64,000 nucleotides of DNA, taken from IMG/VR virus record IMGVR_UViG_3300032676_000987; one strand, given 5' to 3'. The DNA comes from an uncultured virus (IMG/VR IMGVR_UViG_3300032676_000987) (Duplodnaviria; Heunggongvirae; Uroviricota; Caudoviricetes). Numbering within the stretch: the first letter of the stretch is position 1; each line of letters opens with the position of its first letter. Positions 18,339-28,656 of the stretch are shown one piece after another. The translations under genes were made by a program, and so were the position numbers. The notes under the pieces are model-generated. The model did not search any database. It had not been told where the DNA came from and saw nothing but the letters and a program-made list of their open reading frames with translations.

Positions 18339-19118
18339 TTACGAATACATTGTTAAGACATGTTCAATAATTGAATGTCTTCTAATGTCCTTTTTATCAA
18401 ACTCACAAGCTACCATGCCAGGCACGCTATATTTTTGAAGTCTGTGAGTAAGATCCAATAGCCCGTTTTCAGGGGTTTTGCGATCTGTTTGTTCTACGTC
18501 ACCGGTGATGACAATTTTACTGCCTTCACCGATTCTAGTCATCAACATTTTCATTTGGCTAGGTGTGGCATTTTGCGCTTCGTCAAGAATGATCCAACTG
18601 TGCTTAAAATTACGACCACGACAGAATGCTAATGGTGCAATTTCGATGACTTGTTCTTTGACCATATATTCGAGTTCCGTAGCTGTATAGAATTCTCTCA
18701 GCACGTCAAATAATGGTCTAACCCACGGTTCCATTTTTTCGTTTAAGTCGCCAGGCAAAAAGCCGTGCTTCTCATCGTCAACTGCAACTGCAGGTCTTGT
18801 TAGTAGAATTTTATCACACTCTCCTTGTTTCATAGCTTTGATAGCTGCTAGCATAGCAAGATAAGTTTTACCTGTTCCTGCAGGGCCACTCACCACGACG
18901 ATATCTGTTTCAGGGTCGGTCAATGCGATGATGTATTTTTCCTGATTTATACTCTGAGGTATTAGTTCGACTGGTTTTTTGTTAGCTCTTTTAGGTTGGG
19001 CTTGAGCAAAATCTATAGTTTTAGATTCCTTCATATAGTATGTTCTATTCTCATCTTGATATCTTCTATTAGCATATCTTGTGTCTTTGCGAAGCTCGCT
19101 TGTTTTTCTTTTACTCAC
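18339..19118 (-). CDS. phoH: PhoH-family ATPase
   Basis: GPAGTGKTYLA, LTRPAV, GFLPGD, PLAFCRGRNF, ILDEAQN, VITGD..Q.D, DIRRH; start taken as GTG 19118 behind AGGAG. Confidence 0.9.
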   Translation of the reverse strand: MSKRKTSELRKDTRYANRRYQDENRTYYMKESKTIDFAQAQPKRANKKPVELIPQSINQEKYIIALTDPETDIVVVSGPAGTGKTYLAMLAAIKAMKQGECDKILLTRPAVAVDDEKHGFLPGDLNEKMEPWVRPLFDVLREFYTATELEYMVKEQVIEIAPLAFCRGRNFKHSWIILDEAQNATPSQMKMLMTRIGEGSKIVITGDVEQTDRKTPENGLLDLTHRLQKYSVPGMVACEFDKKDIRRHSIIEHVLTMYS

Positions 19119-19292
19119 TAAAGTCTCCTGAGTTTGAAACAAAGTATTGAAAGCTGTATTCTGCCTTCGAATGTATTTAAGGTCTGTAATTAAGTAAACT
19201 ATGAGCATCTAGGAAATAGTTTCCTATGATAAATATAATGTTCGTTTCAAAAACGTTTCCTTCATTAATACGCTGTAAAGATAAATACTTAC

Positions 19293-19904
19293 ATGAGCAA
19301 ATCATTACCAGCAGATACTTTTTTTAATGACATCGATTTTGTCAGTATTGTAGATACGATCAAAGGTATCTACATGAGTGACGGCTCGATGTCTACTTTG
19401 ATAGACTTTGAGAGAGTTTTAGACGAAGCTGATCTTTATGCCTTCAAAAATTGGATTTTAGGCGAGTTGGTTCAAGGTCCAGAAATAGGCAGATACACTT
19501 GTAAATGTATTTTCATGTGGCCATATAAGTTAATGCCTGATCCACGTGGGGCTCTGCGCCTCACTACTATTGGGTGTAAAGTAACCTTTGGAAAGGGTGA
19601 GTTGAAAGTTCCCGTAGAAGTAAAAGATTATGAAGATTTTGTACCAGGAACTCGCTATCCAAAGATGAAGGAACGTAAGGTTTGGTTTGTAGAAATCACT
19701 ATTCCGTTCGAACTTATGGATGACATTAAGGAAGGTACTATTGATCTTGCAGACCAAACTATCGACTTGTCTGAGATTGAAGATGCATATGCTGAGGATT
19801 TGGATGACTCCACTAAAGAAGAACCATCAGTTAAAACCACAGCAGATGAAAATCAATTAGGTAATGCTCCTGGCGCCGCGCTGGGCCCTGCTCCGATGAT
19901 GTGA
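19293..19904 (+). CDS. Hypothetical late protein
   Basis: Long ORF; TAAATA 5 nt before ATG. Confidence 0.7.
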   Translation: MSKSLPADTFFNDIDFVSIVDTIKGIYMSDGSMSTLIDFERVLDEADLYAFKNWILGELVQGPEIGRYTCKCIFMWPYKLMPDPRGALRLTTIGCKVTFGKGELKVPVEVKDYEDFVPGTRYPKMKERKVWFVEITIPFELMDDIKEGTIDLADQTIDLSEIEDAYAEDLDDSTKEEPSVKTTADENQLGNAPGAALGPAPMM

Positions 19905-19912
19905 GGCGTATA

Positions 19913-20494
19913 ATGAAAATTTTAAATGAAGCCCTCGATTACATGGATCTAGAAGACCAGTTATCAGATAAGATAACGGTTGACGAATATTCTGCTAAAA
20001 TCGGTTCAGATGCAGACATAGTAACTGTCACTTTTATGGCATATTCAAAGTTGGCTGCAAAGGATTTAGTAACCTGGTTTGAACGTGGGTATACCTGGGT
20101 ATTAGATGCCAGTGTAAGCGATGGTGAAATTGAACCTGGTAAGTGGTTAGTATTTGTTGAAATGGATCGCAGATCAACTACGCCTAAAAGAATCATTTCG
20201 CTTCTTTCTGATCTTGAGACCTTAACTGGATTAAAGCTTAAGGATTGGACCGTTGAGGTTGAGGGAGAAGATTATGATGCTGACGAAGAAATTCTACATC
20301 AGGCTATTATATGCAATCCTAATGAATACAAGATTGATCGCGGCGACGACGGAAACGTTGATGACGAAAAAAACGAAAAAAACGAAAAAGATGACGGATT
20401 AAATGAAGTGAGAATTCGTGCAGGTATTGATCCGAAGGCGCCATACAATAATGATGAATACATTAAAAATATAAAATCAATGGCAGGAATGTAA
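19913..20494 (+). CDS. Hypothetical acidic protein
   Basis: ATG 19913 after GAGG; N-terminus MKILNE. Confidence 0.65.
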   Translation: MKILNEALDYMDLEDQLSDKITVDEYSAKIGSDADIVTVTFMAYSKLAAKDLVTWFERGYTWVLDASVSDGEIEPGKWLVFVEMDRRSTTPKRIISLLSDLETLTGLKLKDWTVEVEGEDYDADEEILHQAIICNPNEYKIDRGDDGNVDDEKNEKNEKDDGLNEVRIRAGIDPKAPYNNDEYIKNIKSMAGM

Positions 20495-20495
20495 T

Positions 20496-21017
20496 ATGGC
20501 AGATTCAGGATTACCCGGCATGACATTGCCAGAACCGAACGATAATGAAGAAATGCAAGTCGTCGCAAAGAACGATGAACACTATGATAGCATGGTAAAT
20601 GATAAGGAGTTTTACGAAGATATGGTACAGAAAAATGAATTGCAGAATCTAACCAATGCTTCTCTCACGCAAGCAGGAAGCAATGCTGCACAGAACGCAG
20701 ATGTTCTTGTTAAGAACGATAATGAGGATTGGATCAATAAGAAGTGGCGCCCAGCAATGGGGTGGATGTATATGGCAGTCTGCATATGCGACTTCATTTT
20801 ATTCCCAATTCTCTGGTCTATCGTACAGCTTGTCGGTAAGGGAAGTGTCACGACGCCATGGCAACCATTGACCCTTCAAGGTGCAGGTTTATTTCACATT
20901 GCAATGGGCGCTGTTCTTGGTATTGCTGCTTTTGGTCGTACACAAGAAAAACTTCAAGGTGCAACGAACGTAGATACTTCAGTGGGTACACCTCCACCGG
21001 GAATTCCTGGAAAGTAA
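20496..21017 (+). CDS. Putative holin (GTA 3-TM holin-like)
   Basis: WRPAMGW motif followed by hydrophobic helices and LGIAAFGRTQEK. Confidence 0.65.
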   Translation: MADSGLPGMTLPEPNDNEEMQVVAKNDEHYDSMVNDKEFYEDMVQKNELQNLTNASLTQAGSNAAQNADVLVKNDNEDWINKKWRPAMGWMYMAVCICDFILFPILWSIVQLVGKGSVTTPWQPLTLQGAGLFHIAMGAVLGIAAFGRTQEKLQGATNVDTSVGTPPPGIPGK

Positions 21018-21020
21018 GAA

Positions 21021-21049
21021 TTGACATATAACACCCAGCGTGATACTAT
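21021..21049 (+). promoter_or_regulatory. Sigma70-type promoter
   Basis: TTGACA-17-TACTAT; predicted start site falls on ATG 21056. Confidence 0.7.
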
Positions 21050-21055
21050 ATGATT

Positions 21056-21856
21056 ATGGATCATTATATGACGCTGGGTGTTTCTAGGACAGCCACCCAA
21101 GAAGAAATTAAAAAAGCATATCGTAAATTAGCAATGGAGCATCACCCTGATCGGGGAGGTGATCTAGCAAAATTTCAAGAAATCAGTGTGGCTTATGAAA
21201 TATTAGGTGATGCTGACAAGAGAGCAGCATATGACAGGCCTCCCCAGCCTTCGCCGCAATTTGGACCGGGTGGATTCTCATTCAGCTTCAATGGATTTGA
21301 TTTAAACGAGTTTTTTGCACAATCATTTGGCGGACCACAAAACTTTGCACAAAATAGACAACCACAGAAACCAGTTTTTAGAACTAGAGTATCAGTGTCA
21401 TTGCAAGATGCATTTAGTGGTGCCGAGCAGGTACTGCAATTAGGTACGCCAAACGGCGTAAAGGTCGTGAATGTTAAGGTGCCACCCGGCATCTCGTCTA
21501 GAAGTAGCATTCGATATGACAATCTGATTGAAGAAGGTACGCTAATCATCGAATTCCATGTTCTAGATGATCTACGATTTGACAGAAAAGGTGACGATTT
21601 GTATACGAATATACCTATCTCTGTCTTAGATTTGATTGTCGGTACTAAAATTGAGTTTACTACCATAGGCGGAAATAAAATTGAGGTTGATATTCCAGCT
21701 GGAACTCAAACATATCATCAGTTTAGACTGCCTGGCTACGGAATGCCCACAGCCAACAACGGTTATGGTGACCAAATACTATTGTTAAAGGTAATAGTCC
21801 CTGCTAACATCGACAATGATATTATTGAAAGTATCAAGCGTAGTCGATCTAAATAA
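21056..21856 (+). CDS. dnaJ: DnaJ/CbpA-type co-chaperone
   Basis: J-domain with HPD (YRKLAMEHHPDRGG), G/F-rich linker, C-terminal GDDLY and GYGMP motifs; no Zn finger. Confidence 0.9.
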   Translation: MDHYMTLGVSRTATQEEIKKAYRKLAMEHHPDRGGDLAKFQEISVAYEILGDADKRAAYDRPPQPSPQFGPGGFSFSFNGFDLNEFFAQSFGGPQNFAQNRQPQKPVFRTRVSVSLQDAFSGAEQVLQLGTPNGVKVVNVKVPPGISSRSSIRYDNLIEEGTLIIEFHVLDDLRFDRKGDDLYTNIPISVLDLIVGTKIEFTTIGGNKIEVDIPAGTQTYHQFRLPGYGMPTANNGYGDQILLLKVIVPANIDNDIIESIKRSRSK

Positions 21857-21876
21857 CTTTTTAAAAGGATTAAAAG

Positions 21877-24141
21877 TTGCAATCATCCCCTGAAATTGAA
21901 AATATTATTGAACATGCAGTCCAAGCTGCAAAGCAAAGACAACATGCATATGTTACTGTAGAGCATTTGCTTTGGGCTCTCGTTTCGCACCCTCCTTTTA
22001 AGAAATGTCTAAATGGCATCAATGTAGATACGGATTTGATGCTTGCTGAAATTGAGGCTTATCTCAATGGACTGCACGCAATTGTTTCTAAAGATCCAAA
22101 TTGCCAACCAAAGCGCACTAACACGCTTGAACGTGTGATGAATCGTTCTGTGACACAGGTTCTATTCACCGGCCGCAGACAAGTTGCTACTATTGATTTG
22201 TACATGAGCATCGCAACAGAATCTAATTCTCATGCTCACTATTTCCTACTTAAGTACGGTGTCTCTAAGTCTGATTTTCTTACTTACTGGCAGAAGCATT
22301 ATGCGGGTGGCGACTACGCAGCTATCAGTCCAAATCAGGCTGACGAAATTCTTGATGAGTATACAATCAATCTGACTGATTTGGCTCGTCAAGACAAGTT
22401 GGAGCCAGTGATCGGTCGTCATAAGGAAATCGATGACATTATCAATGTTCTTGCCAAGAGATTCAAGTCTAACGTACTTATGGTCGGCGATCCGGGTGTA
22501 GGTAAGACTGCTATCGCTGAAGGTATCGCAAACGCAATCGTTGCCGGAACAGTTCCGGACTTCCTACTAGACCACGAACTTTATTCACTTGAAGTTGGTT
22601 CGCTTCTTGCTGGTTCTCGTTATCGAGGTGACTTTGAAGAAAAGGTCAAGCAGGTTCTTGATGCGTTGAACGTCAAAAAGAAGGCGATTCTGTTCATTGA
22701 CGAAGCGCATACTATGCAAGGTGCGGGCGGATCCACTACTGGATCAGTTGATTTTGCTAACATGATCAAGCCTGCAATCACTAAGGGTACGCTTAAGGTC
22801 ATTGCTTCTACCACGTGGGAAGAATTCTACGAATCATTTGAAAAGGATCGTGCGTTGATGCGTCGATTCTATCGTGTTTCGGTTGATGAACCTTCTCATG
22901 ACACGACTGTTCGTATTCTTAACGGATTATCTGAACGTCTCAATGATTTCCACAATGTGAAGATTACACCAGAAGCCATTAAAGCAGCAGTAGAGTCCGC
23001 TGATCGATACATCCATGATCGTAAGAATCCTGACAAGTCTATCGACCTACTAGATGCGGCGTGTGCTAAGCAACGTGTCCTGCAGAACAAGGACGCTGAA
23101 ATTACTACGGCACTTATTCACGAACAAGTTGAAAAGTTCACCGGCGTTCCGGCAGATAAGTTGAGCGGTGATAACTTCGACCGGATCAATAATCTTGAAA
23201 TGAACGTCAAGAATAAGCTGTATGGGCAGGATGAGACTGTCGATAAGGTTCTTGAACGAGTGTATGTCTCGTTTGCGGGGATCGGTAACGATAAGAAGCC
23301 GATTGCGAGCTTCTTGTTCTTGGGCCCAACGGGTACGGGTAAAACGGAATTGGCTAAGTTGCTGTCCAAAAATTTGGATATGCCGCTTCTCAAGTATGAC
23401 ATGTCGGAGTACGCAGAGAAGCACAGCGTAAGCAGCTTGATCGGGCCGCCCCCGGGCTACGTAGGCTTTGGCGATTCACAAGTTCAAGGTGGACGCCTAA
23501 TTTCAGACTTGAGCAAGAACCCGCACTCTATTCTTCTGTTCGATGAAGTCGAAAAGGCTCACCCTGATATCTTCAACATCTTCCTACAGATTTTGGATGA
23601 AGGTCGAATCACCGGATCAAACGGTAAGGAAGTTTCTTGTAAGAATACTCTTATCATTATGACTTCTAATTTAGGGTCGGCTGACGGTGAACGAAACAAT
23701 ATTGGTTTCGGTTCGCAAGAACGCACTGGTGAAGATGATAAGGCTCTTAAGCAATTCTTCAAGCCTGAGTTCCGTAATCGTCTTGATATGGTCTGCAAAT
23801 TCCAAAAGCTAGACATGCTTTCGATAAAGAAGATCGTTGTGAAATTCTTGGAAGATGTTAAGAAGCCGTTGCTTGACAAGCACAATATCACGCTGAACCT
23901 CAGTGAGGAAGTCATTGAGTATTTGGCTGATAAGGGCTATGATAGCAAGATGGGTGCAAGACCTCTCGGTCGTAAGATCGATGAATTGATTCGTGTTCCT
24001 CTTTCAAAGAAAATTTTGTTTGAGCGTATTGCTAACGCAAACATTATGGCTGTGTTGGAGAACAATGAAATCGTGTTTCAAGTAACTTCAAAGCAAACTG
24101 CGAGAATTGGCGATGACGGCATCATTCAAGTCGAAGGTTGA
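21877..24141 (+). CDS. clpA: ClpA-like Hsp100 AAA+ chaperone
   Basis: Clp N-domain, two AAA+ modules (GDPGVGKT, GPTGTGKTE), FIDEAH, PDKSIDLLD, PEFRNRLD, GARPL; no ClpB M-domain; TTG start. Confidence 0.9.
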   Translation: MQSSPEIENIIEHAVQAAKQRQHAYVTVEHLLWALVSHPPFKKCLNGINVDTDLMLAEIEAYLNGLHAIVSKDPNCQPKRTNTLERVMNRSVTQVLFTGRRQVATIDLYMSIATESNSHAHYFLLKYGVSKSDFLTYWQKHYAGGDYAAISPNQADEILDEYTINLTDLARQDKLEPVIGRHKEIDDIINVLAKRFKSNVLMVGDPGVGKTAIAEGIANAIVAGTVPDFLLDHELYSLEVGSLLAGSRYRGDFEEKVKQVLDALNVKKKAILFIDEAHTMQGAGGSTTGSVDFANMIKPAITKGTLKVIASTTWEEFYESFEKDRALMRRFYRVSVDEPSHDTTVRILNGLSERLNDFHNVKITPEAIKAAVESADRYIHDRKNPDKSIDLLDAACAKQRVLQNKDAEITTALIHEQVEKFTGVPADKLSGDNFDRINNLEMNVKNKLYGQDETVDKVLERVYVSFAGIGNDKKPIASFLFLGPTGTGKTELAKLLSKNLDMPLLKYDMSEYAEKHSVSSLIGPPPGYVGFGDSQVQGGRLISDLSKNPHSILLFDEVEKAHPDIFNIFLQILDEGRITGSNGKEVSCKNTLIIMTSNLGSADGERNNIGFGSQERTGEDDKALKQFFKPEFRNRLDMVCKFQKLDMLSIKKIVVKFLEDVKKPLLDKHNITLNLSEEVIEYLADKGYDSKMGARPLGRKIDELIRVPLSKKILFERIANANIMAVLENNEIVFQVTSKQTARIGDDGIIQVEG

Positions 24142-24781
24142 GGTCGAAGACCGAACCCTTCTATACTACAACAATTTCAAGTATAAGGTTGTGTTAAAAG
24201 ACAATGCAATTAGCTTTGTATTTAGAGCCAAAACCATTGAACAATACGTGCAGTACGTTAAGAACCAAATATTACTAAAGGACCGGTGGTCCCGAAAAAT
24301 AAGGTTAGAAGATATAGATTTGTCTAAAATGGAAGGCCTCATTAAATTTAGAGCAAATCACTACAAAGATCCTAAAATTCAAACCCGGCAGTATGATTCT
24401 GCATTTTCTGTCTATACAAATGACGAGAATATCATTAAGGAGATTTGTAAATTTTGGTCAGATCCTAAAATTCATGAAGCGAATTTGTTACCAGCCGGTA
24501 TAAAATATTTCAAGAAGGATCCGCCTGCTAAGTTTAGGGTTTATCTAAAAAACTTTTACGACAGAGACGGCAATATTAAGGAAGACCTAAAAGAATACTT
24601 GAAAAGAACACCGGATCTTGTCATTAGTGAGTCTTTGTCAATGGTATTAAATTATAATTTTACTTACCTAAGCACTAGCCACTTTATCAACTACAATGAT
24701 GAAAAGAATCTCATGATGATGTATCTGATGTTTCCGAACATCATAGGTAAAAGTTACAAATTAGAAAAGAAAACGGTATAA
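24107..24781 (+). CDS. Hypothetical protein
   Basis: 224-aa ORF; start uncertain. Confidence 0.6.
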   Translation: MAMTASFKSKVEVEDRTLLYYNNFKYKVVLKDNAISFVFRAKTIEQYVQYVKNQILLKDRWSRKIRLEDIDLSKMEGLIKFRANHYKDPKIQTRQYDSAFSVYTNDENIIKEICKFWSDPKIHEANLLPAGIKYFKKDPPAKFRVYLKNFYDRDGNIKEDLKEYLKRTPDLVISESLSMVLNYNFTYLSTSHFINYNDEKNLMMMYLMFPNIIGKSYKLEKKTV

Positions 24782-24784
24782 GAT

Positions 24785-24810
24785 AAATACTCTAATAAAA
24801 TGGAGTATTT
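24785..24810 (+). promoter_or_regulatory. Hairpin that overlaps the late promoter and sequesters the RBS
   Basis: AAATACTCTA-ATAAAA-TGGAGTATTT; the 3' arm contains the GGAG of the 24813 gene. Confidence 0.6.
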
Positions 24811-24812
24811 TT

Positions 24813-24977
24813 ATGGCAAAGGTCGTCGAAGACGTACTTGTTATCAAGCTTAGTAAGCTTGTGAAGGATGATGCTGCTGACAGCGGAATCCTTACTAATG
24901 AAGTGCAATCTGCACTGGAACAAGTAGCCCAAGAACTAGTAGGCGATGGGATCATAGTGGAGGTTGCGAAAGCTTAA
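24813..24977 (+). CDS. Small protein, 54 aa (below the ORF-track cutoff)
   Basis: MAKVVEDVLVIKLSKLVKDD...VEVAKA; late promoter, GGAG RBS, TAATG overlap with the next gene. Confidence 0.75.
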   Translation: MAKVVEDVLVIKLSKLVKDDAADSGILTNEVQSALEQVAQELVGDGIIVEVAKA

Positions 24978-25663
24978 TGTCGCAACTACCTTACACATAT
25001 TTACTTAAATGGTCAACTACCGGAATGAAGTACTATGGTGTCAGGTACGCCTCTGGTTGTCATCCGACAGATTTATGGAATCCATACAAGACTTCAAGTA
25101 AGCACGTTAAATCATATGTTCAGGAGTATGGAAATCCTGACATAATTTCCGTACGGAAGGTATTTCGTGGTAAAAACGCGGTAGAAAAGGCTCAACGCTG
25201 GGAACACACCGTGTTACGTAGAAGGAAAGTAATAACCAATCCTACGTTTTTAAATCGCACGGATAACAAATCGATATCACCTGAAGATTGTGGTAAATCT
25301 GCCAAAATTGCAGCAGCCAAACGAAAAACCCGAAACAAGGACAATTGGCCTGCATTGATGGAACTGTCTATTAGGTTTTCAGGCCGAACAAAAGAAACCC
25401 ATCCACATATTGCAGCGGCGGCAGCCAAACTTGCCGGCCGAACAAAACTGACCCACGCATACTTAGCTAAGAAAGCTACCCAAACTGCCAGTCAAACGGC
25501 TAAAGTTTGGGAGATAACCTCACCTGTCGGAGAGATAATTACCATCGTTAATATGTGCGAATGGTGTCGAAATAATAACGTCAAACGTGGATCAATAAAA
25601 AACGGAGTAACTCGAAACGGGTACACGTTTCGAGTTATATCTAATCCTGGAGTAAACCCGTGA
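24977..25663 (+). CDS. Free-standing GIY-YIG-type (Seg-like) homing endonuclease
   Basis: YTYLLKW...KYYGVR...Y.TSS, conserved E (AQRWE) and FLN; basic repeats GRTK.TH; NUMOD-like C-terminus. Confidence 0.7.
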   Translation: MSQLPYTYLLKWSTTGMKYYGVRYASGCHPTDLWNPYKTSSKHVKSYVQEYGNPDIISVRKVFRGKNAVEKAQRWEHTVLRRRKVITNPTFLNRTDNKSISPEDCGKSAKIAAAKRKTRNKDNWPALMELSIRFSGRTKETHPHIAAAAAKLAGRTKLTHAYLAKKATQTASQTAKVWEITSPVGEIITIVNMCEWCRNNNVKRGSIKNGVTRNGYTFRVISNPGVNP

Positions 25664-26046
25664 GCCAATCTACGACCCTAATCCTATTCCCACAAACAAC
25701 CTATATAAATCCAGGCAACGGAGCACCCTACACTGTTATCGGCGATTCAAAACCAGCGGCGGCCTATTATTTAGGAAACAAGGATTTGCAGACCGTTAAT
25801 ATTAGTTTGACACAATGTACGGGTAATATCGTGATTCAAGCTACGTTGGCACCTGCCCCACTTGACACTGACTGGTTTAATGTGTATGAATTAGAAGCTA
25901 ACGCAAATGCTGTAGCAAATTCAGCTCCACAGATTGCATCAAACGCCTCAATGTATACTAATATCGATGGAAATTTCGTATACATGCGCGCACAGATTCA
26001 GGACTTTCAAGGTGGCGGTGTCAATTACGTGAAACTCAGTTACTAA
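25660..26046 (+). CDS. Hypothetical (probably structural, beta-rich) protein
   Basis: GTGA overlap with the upstream gene; G.FVYMRA C-terminal pattern. Confidence 0.6.
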   Translation: MSQSTTLILFPQTTYINPGNGAPYTVIGDSKPAAAYYLGNKDLQTVNISLTQCTGNIVIQATLAPAPLDTDWFNVYELEANANAVANSAPQIASNASMYTNIDGNFVYMRAQIQDFQGGGVNYVKLSY

Positions 26047-26047
26047 C

Positions 26048-27682
26048 ATGAAGGTGATAGCAGTTTATCCGGGAAGATTTCATCCCTTTCACAAAGGCCA
26101 CGCCGCAAGTTTTAAGCAGCTGGCTAGTAGATTTGGTTTGGAAAACACTTACCTTGCTATCTCTGCTAAACAAGATCAACCAAAGAGTCCTTTTTCAGCA
26201 CAAGATCGTGCAAAGATGGCAATGGCTTTGGGCATTCCATCAAAAAACATTATTGCAGTGAAGAATCCGTACTCAGGCGATGAGTACATGAAAATGTTTC
26301 AAACTAAAGGATATGATCCCGAACATACTGCTTTGGTATTTGGTGTCAGTAAAAAGGATATGGAGGGTGATCCTTCTATGGGCATTGAACCCGATCCTCG
26401 CTTCTCCTTTAAGCCTAAAAAGGATGGTACAGCATCTTACTTTCAGCCGCTAAAAGGCAAAAACATTAAACCAATGACACAGCACGGATACATTCTTTCT
26501 ACTGACGTAGCAGAGTTTCCTATCGCTGGCAAAACTATGCGCGATGCTAGTGCTATTCGTAAGGCATATGCAGGCTCTGATAACAAAACAAAAATGAAAA
26601 TTCTTACAGATTTATACGGAGACTCAGCAGAGAAAATGAAGCAGACATTCGACAATAACCTACAAGTCACTGAGAGCATCCGCGCTCTAATCAACAAAAT
26701 CAAACCTCTTATCAGTGAGGCGTCCCCTCAACAAAAGGCAAAGTTTGTTAAGCTATTGAGTGAAGCTAAGAAGACACTAAGAAATACTAACCCATGTTGG
26801 GATGGGTACAAACCAGTTGGCACCAAAAAGAAGAACGGTAAGACTGTTCCTAATTGCGTTCCGGTGAAGGAATCGTATAGTGTTCAACGTATCTATGGTC
26901 CATCAGACGTAAACATTGTAAAAGATTTAGGAAACGGATACTTACTTTCATACGAGATGGACGAAGATGATGATGTTCGTAAGGAAGGTTTTGAAGTAGT
27001 TAAGCTTGCTCCAAACGAAACAAAGAAATATATTCCAGTTGGTACCCTGAAAGTAAGTCCTTATCCTGGCAATCGTAAGCCTGGTCAACTTGAAGCTGAA
27101 ATAAACCGTATTATCGCGGCTGATGAAGCCAAAAGTCCTCTGGACGAAGAAGAGGATCCATTTGATATTGATCCAGAACTAAATGCTACTGTATCTTTTG
27201 CACAACAGCACTATCGTAATCCAAAAAAGCAAGCTGCATTTATCAAGTTTGTTCAGCGCAGCCTCAAGCATTCTAAGGAAGACGATGAGCGTTTAGATAA
27301 AGAAGTCGATGAACTAAAAGACAGAGTTGATACTCTGGACCGAAAGGTTGGAAAAATGAATTCTTCCAAATCGGTAGATTTTCCTGCTCAAAGATTGAAG
27401 GAAGGCACTATGAAACCGACTCATGTTACTGGTGAAGAAAAATCTGGTTCTGTAGAGGCCTTAGAAAAAGCATTGCTAAGAACCAAAGCGCCCGGCGTTA
27501 AACTAGACTATGACAAAATAGATAAAATGATGCAATTAATCTGTAAAAAATATCATCTAACCGGTGATAAATTACATAACGATTTTGTGAAAAAGCATCG
27601 TGTGGTTCCCGATAAATGGATCGTAAAACAAACAGTTAAAGAGAGTTTTACAAAAAACGCTGATTATCTAGACGAAAAATAA
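26048..27682 (+). CDS. HxGH nucleotidyltransferase-domain multi-module protein
   Basis: YPGRFHPFHKGH, SPFS..DR..M, AS.IRK; followed by short modules separated by VTE/ISE/LSE/VKE/LDE/LKE. Confidence 0.75.
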   Translation: MKVIAVYPGRFHPFHKGHAASFKQLASRFGLENTYLAISAKQDQPKSPFSAQDRAKMAMALGIPSKNIIAVKNPYSGDEYMKMFQTKGYDPEHTALVFGVSKKDMEGDPSMGIEPDPRFSFKPKKDGTASYFQPLKGKNIKPMTQHGYILSTDVAEFPIAGKTMRDASAIRKAYAGSDNKTKMKILTDLYGDSAEKMKQTFDNNLQVTESIRALINKIKPLISEASPQQKAKFVKLLSEAKKTLRNTNPCWDGYKPVGTKKKNGKTVPNCVPVKESYSVQRIYGPSDVNIVKDLGNGYLLSYEMDEDDDVRKEGFEVVKLAPNETKKYIPVGTLKVSPYPGNRKPGQLEAEINRIIAADEAKSPLDEEEDPFDIDPELNATVSFAQQHYRNPKKQAAFIKFVQRSLKHSKEDDERLDKEVDELKDRVDTLDRKVGKMNSSKSVDFPAQRLKEGTMKPTHVTGEEKSGSVEALEKALLRTKAPGVKLDYDKIDKMMQLICKKYHLTGDKLHNDFVKKHRVVPDKWIVKQTVKESFTKNADYLDEK

Positions 27683-27739
27683 TTCCACCCCCTGTCTTCG
27701 TTGTAAATAACTGTATAGTTTTACAACAAAGAGGACTTA

Positions 27740-28642
27740 ATGGCACGTAAATCAAAAAATTCAAACGTCACTATCGCTAAGCCGAACGGCGAGCAACAAA
27801 CTGTACCTGCAGAACAAGTACAAGAGGTTATTGAGCAGGCTGCTCAGGAACAAAAGCCACAAGAAGGCCAAGTTCAAGTAAACGTAGACTATCTACGTAC
27901 CACTAAGGTTCACATCGCAATGCCATGCTACGGTGGTATGTTGACTGAATCTACATTCATGTCATTTATCAAGTGGGCAAATACTGCACGTCAATTGGGT
28001 GTCGACTGGACTCTCGAAACCATGACCAATGAGAGTTTAATCAGTCGTGCAAGAAATACTCTTACTGCTAAGTTTCTTGCAATGCCGGACGCAACTCACT
28101 TGTTCTTCGTTGACGCTGATATTGGTTGGGAACCATGGCACTTGCTAGTCCTCTTGAACAGAGATGTTGATGCGATCGGGGGCCTATATCCAATGAAGAC
28201 TATGCCAGTTAAGTGGGTAGTTAATGGATTTGAAGGCGCAGAAGAAGGCCCTGATGGCTTGCAAGAAGTATCTAAGGCTGGTACTGGATTTCTTCTTATG
28301 AAACGACGCTGTTTTGAAAAGTTAAACTCACATCCGGCTGTTAAGCAATATAAAAACGATATCGGTCTTGATCCCATGTACGATCAGTATTTGAAGACTT
28401 ATTTTGATACTGCTGTTCGCCAAAATCGCTATTATAGCGAGGACTGGACCTGGTGTGAGAACTTTAGAGATTTAGGCGGTAAGATTTGGGTTGACAAGCG
28501 AGTATTGCTACGTCACTCGGGAAGCTATGTGTTTTCAATGGAAAATCAGCAGTATTTGCTTGATCAAATCGGCCCCATGTGGGCTGAAGCGCAGAAGGCA
28601 AAAGGCTACAAGATTATTGACGAAAACGGAAACGAGATTTAA
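27740..28642 (+). CDS. GT-A fold glycosyltransferase-like protein
   Basis: IAMPCYGG, ESLISRARN, FFVDADI (DxD), GTGFLLMKR, SEDWTWC; late promoter and GAGG RBS. Confidence 0.75.
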   Translation: MARKSKNSNVTIAKPNGEQQTVPAEQVQEVIEQAAQEQKPQEGQVQVNVDYLRTTKVHIAMPCYGGMLTESTFMSFIKWANTARQLGVDWTLETMTNESLISRARNTLTAKFLAMPDATHLFFVDADIGWEPWHLLVLLNRDVDAIGGLYPMKTMPVKWVVNGFEGAEEGPDGLQEVSKAGTGFLLMKRRCFEKLNSHPAVKQYKNDIGLDPMYDQYLKTYFDTAVRQNRYYSEDWTWCENFRDLGGKIWVDKRVLLRHSGSYVFSMENQQYLLDQIGPMWAEAQKAKGYKIIDENGNEI

Positions 28643-28656
28643 GTTTCTATAGGACT

